DNA of 64,000 nucleotides from Chrysomallon squamiferum (taxonomy: Eukaryota; Animalia; Mollusca): NCBI GenBank assembly GCA_012295275.1, contig CM022670.1:29760001-29824000 (forward strand), in the 5' to 3' direction. Positions within the stretch are counted from its first letter, which is position 1, and each line of letters starts with the position of its first letter. The notes under the pieces were generated by a model. It saw only the letters and a list, made by a program, of their open reading frames with translations, was not told the origin of the DNA and did not search any database. Below are positions 54,796 to 64,000 of the stretch, one piece after another. A program made the translations under genes and the position numbers.

Positions 54796-57700
54796 TTATC
54801 TTTTTCTGTAAAAAAAAGAAAAAAAAACAGACATTAAAAAGACTGTTAATATCTTGTTCCTTTTGCCTGTTTTAATAAAATACATTTGCAATACTGTATG
54901 TTAATACATTTTTTTGTTTGTTTCAGGTATTGGTTAATAAAATAAAAAAATTTCCTCTGTGAATCAAATATCTAAACTATAAACTCTCTTTTTATAATAA
55001 ACTAATAAATTGTATTTCTACAATTTATTCATCAGTAACAGATTTTTACTTGTCTAAATTATTAAATTAACCAACATAAAATGTACCTTTTCTTTGCATT
55101 GCTTGGTCTGTATGTAATAGAGGGGGGAGATAATATGTCAGACACTGGAACAGATCCTGGATCCTCATCTCCAGCATCCATCTGACTGTCTTGTGGAGTG
55201 GGCACAGGTTCCTGCAGATTGCCAGCTTCATCAAAACCTTCCAATGGTTTCACTCTAAACAAAAATATTATAATTTCTGCATAACATGATGTATCAGTAG
55301 TTTGAATTATCTTTAAAATAAATTTTACACTGCAGCATGTTTTCAATGGACACCATCATTTGTATTGTTAAAGTATGATATTAAACTGCTCATGCATTTT
55401 GTGGATTTGTAGACTGCACCATTTGTAGTGAAATAATACATACTGTTAAAGAAGAGCTAACTAAAACCTCATTACCATTCTACAATTACTCCTTTTCCCT
55501 TTTTTTTGTAATATGTACCCTTCAATGAGCTCACTTTTAATAGCAATGTGATTATTACTAGGAAAATTAAAACTGCATGTTGTTCATAATATTATACAAA
55601 GTTTACCATTATGTATTAGAAGGAAGAATTTTGTAGCAAACAGTAGTTGAGACAATACATGAGGCTATTTATACAAAATGAATATTTATCACTGAACAAC
55701 ATTATTCACCTTGATTCTGAGTTTTCAGACTTGACACCCTGTGACCACTTGGAGTCTACTTCAGTTGTTAAACCATCAGCAGGCTCCTGCTCAACTGTAA
55801 TTGCATAGCTTGAAAAACCTGCAAATATTTATTTTTATATTTTCACAGTTTTCATTAGAACACATTTTTAAAAATAAAGTTTATTAAAAATTATTAAGAA
55901 ATAAAATCTGTCTGTCCTAAAATGAAAGGCTGTTTTTTTTAAATTATAAATAATAACAAAACAAAACCCCATAAGAAATGTATTAGTGGGACAATTAAGA
56001 ACTGATTCTGCAACTATTTTATTTCCAACAAACAAATGAGTTATTTTATAGCATAATTAAAAAAGGTAAATTACTAAATATAAATAGCAAAGTTACTATC
56101 AGGTATTCTGTTTTCACATAAAACATGATTACCTTCAAGTTGAAGCAACTGCTCTGCATCATTTTCATCAAGAACAGGAAACTGAATTTCTGCACAGGGT
56201 TCTTCTTTAATTCTATTGACAAAGAGTGAAAATATTAATTGCAGTTCTTTAATTTATTTTTAATTCTCTCTAACTTATATAACAAGAACATCTAACTATC
56301 TGCATCCTTTTTCACCCTACTTACTATTCTTTTCTATTTTTTTTAATATGTATTCACAAATAGGCAAACCAAAATTAATTTCCCTAAAACAGAAAACACC
56401 CATTCTGGCAAGCTAAAGGACTGCACGTAACTGAGAACTGCTGATGCAGTCAAATTCTACTCTGATCAACAGTAATAAATACATTCAGGGCTCAAAATGG
56501 CCAGTTGCCAGGTTGCCAAATGCAACCTAAGTTCTGTTTGGGCGACTGGGAATTGATTTGTTTGATTGGTTGGTTAAAATGTATTGGACAGAGAAGAATC
56601 ACATATGTTGGTATATTTGCATAAGTGACTGTTTGAAGCACATTTTTTAATCTTACTTCAAAAGTTAATGATGAAGTAGACGATTTCCATCACTTCAAAG
56701 CTGAAATATTAAAAACAATTTGGGACTACTCAAAACAAATTTGGGCCACTGAATATTTAGTGGCCCAAATTTGTATTTTGGCCACCATACACTGCATATG
56801 AGTTTTGAGCCCTGCATATGGTAGCAAAAAAATTAAAAGTTGGAATATTAATTATTTACAATTTTATGTTATTTTATAAAAGCTGCTGTTTCATAATTAA
56901 CCAAAAATGTTCTGATTTATAGATTTCTTACCTAATGACATGGAATGTATCAGGCTGTAATTCTTTAGATTTCTGTTGCTTCAACTTTTCGAACTGAGCC
57001 ATCAACTGTTGAGAGGCCTGCTTCATGTATTCATGATAGGCAATTACCCGTGACTGGTAGAAGTTATGTAAACACGTGACACTGCCAATCCCCATTTCAC
57101 TAAACACCTGCTCAATTATATCCTAGAACAGTGAAATCAACAAATTTGTAATTTTATGAACAGTTAAGACATTAAGCCAATCCGAATACCTGCTCAATGG
57201 CATCCTAAAAAGGTAAAATCTAGAGACAAATAACTTCAATATTTAAATTGTTTTTAGTATTTTATGTAATGTTTACTCACTGGCTCACTTGCTAACTCAT
57301 ATTAAATAACTTACTGGAAAACCTGATGATGATTTAAATGCAGCACTATCAGCTGCAGCTCTCATGTGCTTTGTGATCTGCAGAAAGTATTCATGAGCAA
57401 TATCAGTCACAGTCTCCAATATTGATTCTCCAGAATCTGAAAAATATTTAACACTAGTAACAAACAAAAACAACAAATTAGCACTTGCATTTATACTCAC
57501 TAACCATGTGTTCACTGTTGAAAGATAAACACATCTGTGCACTATCTAAAATAATACTAAAACAATTTTTACATTCGTTTTGTGGTGATGTAAGGATATT
57601 TAAATATACCTAGTACATTATTAGTTTCCTTTTTAAATATAATTGTAATGTCCTTACTGTCAAAACCAGCATGAGCAAATAAGGCTGCCACAGATCGACG

Positions 57701-59318
57701 AAGCAGTTTTCTGTTGGCTAGTTCATCAATTTTTGGAGGCGGTTCACCAATACCTTGAACAAATTTACTAAAATAAAAACATTATGAAACAGTGTTACAT
57801 CTGTGTAATAAACTGTATTGCTCTCTACTTTGTGCACCTGATAGTCTACATAAATTACTGTCATTTTAATTACCTATCTTATTAGTTACTGCATTAAAAA
57901 AAAGGTTTCTTTTAAAACAAAAACAACAAAATAAAGATTTTAAAATATAAAATTAATAAACATAATGAGAATTTTATAATTAATTTCCAAATATTCCTGG
58001 TGTTAACACTTTACTGTAAATGTTGAAAAGTTGCAACAATATATTATTTTTAGTCATTATATAAATGATACATACTTCTGAAAAAAAAAAAAGAGATAAT
58101 AAATATCCTCTTCTATAATTATAATTTAAATTAATGATGTAAATGAAAATACAACAGTTTTATAAAACTTACTTTTCAAAATCTGGTGGTAAGAAAGGAA
58201 TTGGTTTTGGAACTTGATGTTTCAGTTCTGGACCTGTGTATTCTGGAACTGGTGGAGCTGATGGAAAAGTTAAATCATTGTCACTATTCCTCTGAAGATC
58301 AGACAACAAAATAAATTATTAGTTTGGAAAATATCAAAATTATACATGTATTTCATTTTTATGAATGAAAGAAACAAAATTCACAGAAACAAAAACACAA
58401 CATAATAACACTCACACTTGAACTGTGGTAAGTAAATATATGTTTAAAAAATAACAATTTTTTTTTTAATTTCTTCTGATGTTATATGATGCAACAAAAT
58501 AAAATAATAAGATTATAACATTTATTATTACTTCTTTTTTATTATTTAATGAATGATCAATTGCTTTTCTATGACAGCTGTGTTGATTTATCTGACTGAC
58601 ATTGTTTTTCTTGATCATGTTCAAAATAAATGTTTTTTACATCAGATTATTGTTGTTGTCATTTTGTTGCTGTTCCTTTCTTTTTTCTTCTTCTTCTAAT
58701 TATTATTTTACAAAAAAGAATTAAATTGTTTGAGAGAAAACCCTCATCCACTGTTTTATAGCACTTTATTGCAAATGTAATGAAGAAATGAGATTTAATT
58801 AAATCTGAATACTACCAAGTTAATATTACATTTTCTAACTGCTGTTGTTGTACAGAGCTGATCAACTGCCTCATCTTCTTCGCATGTTGAATGAGACGTA
58901 TTGTGTGTAAAGTGATTGGATCAATTTGGAAATATTCTGCTGGAAGATGCCTAAAATAGAATACACACACATATACATATTTCACGAAACTGTTACTTAT
59001 CATATTTATTATGTTTTTTGTGGGCAAATTTTAACTACTGATTACTTTTATTATTATATCCTGATTTTTATTTTTATTATTATTTTTTTTTTCTCTCCAA
59101 CTAAAATGTTCATTTGTGTAGGTGTGATCAACTGTAAACTGGCAGGTTTCATTTTCAACTATATGATATATTATCATTAATTTTTTTCAACAATACAGAT
59201 TTTCATGAATTTTTAGATAAAACAAATAATGATAATGACATGCAGTAATATATTTTCATTAACATACTTAACTTTTTCATTTACTGGAAATGTTGTAAAT
59301 GCTTAAGTAATAATTTGC

Positions 59319-59371
<53 letters not shown>

Positions 59372-59540
59372 GTATTACAGCTTACTCGTTAGTTGGTGGA
59401 TAATGCCGGCTTGAGGGCTGGTGAAGTCTTGGACCTTCGACTTCCATAGGCCTTGGTCTTACCAACTGTTCTCGTTCTACCGCAACCAGACCAGAGTCTG
59501 TTTCAGGAACTACTGGAATTTCTCCCCACAAACCACTCAT
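54796..59540 (-). CDS. SUPT7L: STAGA/SAGA complex 65 subunit gamma (SPT7-like, histone fold)
   Basis: Exons 59540-59386, 58950-58830, 58291-58173, 57767-57658, 57436-57315, 57122-56932, 56212-56133, 55818-55710, 55254-55087, 54805-54796 give MSGLWGEIP...LHQPS...TLHTIRLIQH...GEPP...LLRRSVAALFAHAGFD...ESILETVTDIAHEY...FPDIIEQVFSEMGIGSV...IKEEP...AKKRKR*; recognised from recalled vertebrate SUPT7L motifs. Confidence 0.93.
56486..56814. mobile_element. hAT-like MITE in a SUPT7L intron
   Basis: Perfect 12-bp TIRs CAGGGCTCAAAA ... TTTTGAGCCCTG; the putative 8-bp target duplication is only 4/8 (AATACATT / CATATGGT). Confidence 0.7.
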
Positions 59541-59779
59541 TTTACTTTTTACAATCACTGAAACAGTTTACTTATTAACAAACTTAAAGTCAAGGTTTCA
59601 GTTAAAACTGTATTAGTTTAAAAATATAAATTCAAGTTGACTCGATATGTTACAGTGATACTGTGTTAGCTAAAGGAATCATAACATAATAATATAAATG
59701 ATAAGTTACTGAATTTAAAATTGGCCTATTTTTATAAATACGGCCTACGAATCAGTGCAGGCTGACATATTTGACATAC

Positions 59780-60020
59780 CGCACAAAATATTAATTTTAT
59801 TTTATTATTATTTTATTATTTTTATTTTTTTTGTATATAATTATTCATGTTCTAAATTCAAATAAAAATAAATATTCCGAATTTGAGGGGTAAATATTAA
59901 CAATTTAATATCTGAAACCGAAGTAAGGTTATGACGTTCCTTGTCGTCATGGTTCCGGAATACAAAGGGTAATGGCTGCCAAAGAAAGATTAGGGAGATA
60001 GAGATTAATCTAAATACACA
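59780..60020. promoter_or_regulatory. Bidirectional promoter and non-coding first exons of SUPT7L (-) and TTC29 (+)
   Basis: Minus donor GCG|GTATGT at 59780, plus donor ACA|GTAAGT at 60020; ATGACG-N8-CGTCAT inverted half-CRE pair, TTCCGGAA palindrome and ATGGCTGCC (YY1-like) at about 59931-59980. Confidence 0.6.
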
Positions 60021-60648
60021 GTAAGTAAAAACATTAATAGGTTAATTCGCTGACCTAATATTTCAGTGCATATTGGACTGTCCACACCATATGTGATAAT
60101 AAAATTTATGTTGAATATGAATTCTGTTATTATTTAGTTATAAGAAATAGAAACGTTCAAACGGTGTTCGAGAAAACTATATGTTAGTAATTGCCAGTTA
60201 TCGTTATCAACGATCATCGTAAGTACTTTTAATTTGATTTAATTTTCTGTAACAAAAGAATATCAGTTTCTGTTGACATTATTTAACAAAATATTTATTA
60301 TAAAGCAAAAATATTCGAAGAGCCTTTCAAATTAAAAAACAAAACAAAACAAAAATTACAAATAAATAAATTTTGTATACAAGGCTACGCAAAATAAAAA
60401 TAACAAAATTAACAAATACTGAGATAATATAATTATATTAAATATATGTTTTATGACAAGATCAGTAACTTTCAAATAATGTATTTGTAAGCATACTTTC
60501 TTTTTATTTTGTGTAGTGTGTGTGTGCGTGGGTATGCAAGCATAACTTTGTTTGCATATAAAGTCACATTCACTTGTACGTTTATCTGCCTATAAAAAAA
60601 TTATTTTTAATAAACATCTTTCCTGATTATCATATGACTTTTTCAGAA

Positions 60649-63600
60649 ATGACTGCCGTTTTGCCACCAATCAAGGGTGCTGTGCCACCCCCAGTTAAAA
60701 ACACAAATAATGGGGCCATTCAGACAGAAATTCAGTATTTGCCTGCCCCACCCAAAGATTCCACTGATAAAGGAAAACTGCAGCTTGACAGAAAAATTCA
60801 GAGTAAGAATGAACGAAAAATGTATCAAAAACTTCAAGATCTTAGAAAACAGCTACCATTCTTGTCCAAGCGAGAAACAGCTATGTAAGAATTTTTACAT
60901 ATGTGTTTTCTCAATTTTTAATTATTTATTTAATTTTTTTTTTGTACTAAATTTTAATAGTGTTATGATCTTCCTTTAATTGTTTTCTTTTCCTTTTTTT
61001 GACTTTTAGATTTTATTCTTTAGCTGAATATTTTATGTGTAAATTTTATACATGGATTTTGGTTGTCTGTAGTAAAAGAAGTACATACTTACTAAGTTAC
61101 TTATTATTTAAAAAACTGGTTAACTCAAAATATTAATACAAAATAACAAATAGTTAAATTTGACTTATTTTATAATTATAATTCAAATAAATTAATCATA
61201 AATGGATTAAATGCTACATAAAAACTGTTATACAGAAAAATAGATAAGTTATTTCAAATATAAGAATGAGAAAATATACATATGGAAATTAACTGAGCAA
61301 CACCCATATTTGCTCAGCCTAAGCAACTTTAATTAACTGATGCATGAAATGTGTCAAAGATTTCCATACCATATCAAATTTTCAGAGAAGAGAAAGGGAC
61401 AACAAAAAACACAGCCAGTAATGCCATGACATATTGTGGTTTATTTGTAAAAGGTTTGGAACATGACTCCATTCCTTCAAAAACATTACAAATTTCACAT
61501 TGTTGCTTTCCATGGACACATTGGGTTCATGGAATTGAAGATTAATGACAGGCAAGTCCAAATGTTAACTTGTGTAACCTCCTTACACATGAACAACAGC
61601 ACCAAGACACTTCCTCAATCCTTGGATCAATATCTGAATTTCATTTTGAGGAATCCTGATTACAATCCTCAAGCAAAGCAGCAATGAGTTCACTGAGAGT
61701 CTGGACAGGTGGGTTGCTCTGTCTAACACAACATCCCAAAATGTCCCAAAGATATTCAATGGGATTGATATCTAGACTTGTGGTGGGCCATGGAATGGTC
61801 TCAACATTTTCTTGCAAATACTTGGTGACAGCACTTGCTCTGTGAGGATTGGCATAGTCATGCATGAAGATGGGTCTTGTGGCTAGAGGCTGATTATCAA
61901 AATGGGTGACAATAATTCTCTGAAGGATCTCCTGGCCCACAAATAGCGACGAGGTACATCTTGTAAATCAAGGAAATATATCCCCATACCATAACTGACC
62001 TTTCATTGTGCCCAAAATTAACATCCAATTTGTCTGCGGGGCATTCGTTCATTTCTCATGCCAATAATTTGCCATTCTGTAGTTTCTGACAATTACAGAG
62101 TGTTGTGACAGTTACGGTACTGAATATTCAGTGTAAACTGACAGCAGATTGTGACATATAATCATTGCAAACTTTGAATAACATTTCACATATACTGAAT
62201 ATCTCCTTGAAAGTCATGCTATTCAGCAAGATGCTACATGTCAATAAATCATTCAGGAAAATGCTCAGTTTTTTTAAATTCACAGAATTATATGTCAATG
62301 AATTGGTTTTGAAGAATTTATTTCCATACATATATAATGTATAAGGAATTTTTAATGTAAAAACATGTAAAGTGAAAAATCTATACCACATATTTAATGT
62401 AAATACTTACTGAAAAAGTATAATAATATTTTTGTATCATTTCATTTTTAAAATAAATGCAGGTACAGACACACATACAAGCACAACCTTTGCCTCGATA
62501 TGCTGCAGGAAGGTTTTCACATGTCTTTTCGTGAGCTTTTTGCCTTGATCCAACAACAGGAGGAGGACAGACTTCGGGCTGGTCCGGAATCATCCATCTG
62601 GTCACAGGTTATGCTCCATGCAGAACATGATAAACTGGACAAGCTCAAGATTCATCTGACTAATGCTGAGACAGCAGATAGAAGAGGTAAGTGTTCTTCC
62701 TTTATTTAATTATTTATTAATATATATTTTTGACAGTACTTTAAAATAAAATATATATAGTAAAAAAAGAACGAGATTCAGAAATAGTTTAAAATGTATG
62801 ACAGCCAAAATAGTGAAAACAATTTTCATTCTTTTTGCTTCTCATATGTGGTCCTTTGAAAGTTGGTTCTTTTCATTCATTTCTTTATTTTAAATATTTG
62901 TCCATTTATTTTCGTATTATTTTATTTAAGTGTTTTTGCTAAGATGTTAGAAAATCTATTACAGAGAAAAACATGACATGATATTAAAATATATTTAATG
63001 CAGTTCTTTTATCTGATAACTCTCTGCTGATGCTTAAACCATCTTAAATTTTGTTTTCTTTCTTTATATAAATATGAATTCTTATTAAGTAATTTTGCAA
63101 GAGTTTTTGTCTCAAAATATTTACAGAAATAAGTTAGTGGAATGATATTCCACTCTTAAATTTGGTTTTAATTCACCGAACTTTTTTAAAATTTTATTAT
63201 TAATATTTGTTTATATTACATAAATAGTTTATCGGCTATTTAATCCATGTTATGTTTTTTGTAGATGATTACACAACTGTCTATGCAGAGCGATATGAAC
63301 TAGCCAAGTATTTTCTAAGCACAGGTGACAAATGGCTCTCTGACCACTTTTTTAAAACCTGTCTGTCCACCAGTCACTCCATTGTAGGTGATGGAGGAAA
63401 AGCTAAAGCAGAGGGTCACCGCAATGTTGGGATTTCCCTCAAGGAAAATGGTGAGTCAACAAATTTTAATGTGTGAATTAATGGCTATACATAACATGAC
63501 TGGAGAGATGTCCAGGTTTTTCTGCTACAGTAATGTTTCTTTAAAAAATCAAAACAAAAATAACAAAATGTATTATTTAATGTGTTACAGATGTGCGACA

Positions 63601-64000
63601 GCATACACACACACTGAAGTATTAATCTACTGCTATCTCATGATGTTTTATCCTTTTCATTAGCAGCAAAGGACTTTTATAAGAATTTTTCCCTCAGACA
63701 GAAGGAGGGCATAAATTGCATTTAAAAATAGAATACTAGTCTACAGGTAGAAATAGGAAGTAGAATATCTATGTAAACATAAAAATCATAACAAATGTAT
63801 TTTTCATATATAGTGTATTATTGTTCTAAGTTTGTTGTTTCTGTTGCATGTTTTCAGGTGACTATTTCCAAGCATCACAACACTTTGAAGCATATTATGA
63901 ACTGGCCTCTGTAAATAAACACTGGGAGAATGATGAGGGTATTGTCTTCTACACTGATGCCTGCAAGCACCTGTATGAGATATACACAGTGATTGGGAAT
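60649..64000 (+). CDS. TTC29: Tetratricopeptide repeat protein 29 (5' part; continues beyond the right edge)
   Basis: Exons 60649-60884, 62463-62686, 63265-63450, 63858 onward give MTAVLPPI...YRHTYKHNLCLDMLQEGFHMSFRELFAL...DKLDKLKIHLTNAETADRR...LAKYFLSTGDKWLSDHFF...AEGHRNVG...ASQHFEAYYELA; matches recalled TTC29 N-terminal motifs. Confidence 0.9.
61279..62330 (-). mobile_element. Decayed Tc1-like transposon in a TTC29 intron
   Basis: Relic at 61641-61940 FMHDYANPH...WPTTSLDINPIEYLW matches the Tc1 DDE C-terminal motifs; TA-flanked imperfect TIRs CATATGGAAATTAA / TTTATTTCCATACA. Confidence 0.8.

Noticed and set aside
1-64000. tRNA, rRNA or snoRNA genes and intact transposases
   Set aside because: None recognisable by eye; all transposase fragments are truncated or contain stops. 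A covariance-model scan would be needed to exclude small RNAs.

Overview
AT-rich, intron-dense animal genomic DNA, probably a lophotrochozoan such as a mollusc (inferred from composition and gene style; the taxon cannot be fixed from this sequence). Splicing by eye with phase-consistent exon chains gives four genes: (1) an ARAP-family ArfGAP/RhoGAP/PH gene on the minus strand (ATG 41912, 40 coding exons, running off the left edge), with a GC-AG intron and a probable short isoform starting at 31529; (2) VAMP7 (minus, 52113-47870); (3) SUPT7L (minus, 59540-54796); (4) TTC29 (plus, from 60649, running off the right edge), head-to-head with SUPT7L. Repeats include a 3.1-kb array of about 59 copies of a 52-bp unit, two Tigger/pogo derivatives, a Tc1 relic, a hAT-like MITE and microsatellites. 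The most unusual theme is local duplication of splice signals: an array copied from the VAMP7 exon 8 donor, whose read-through would still give a complete transmembrane anchor; a duplicated SUPT7L acceptor with AG|GT intron-gain geometry; and a satellite whose units look like 33-nt poison pseudo-exons with stops in all three frames. None of these is shown to be functional. Coordinates were read by eye and may be off by a few bases.
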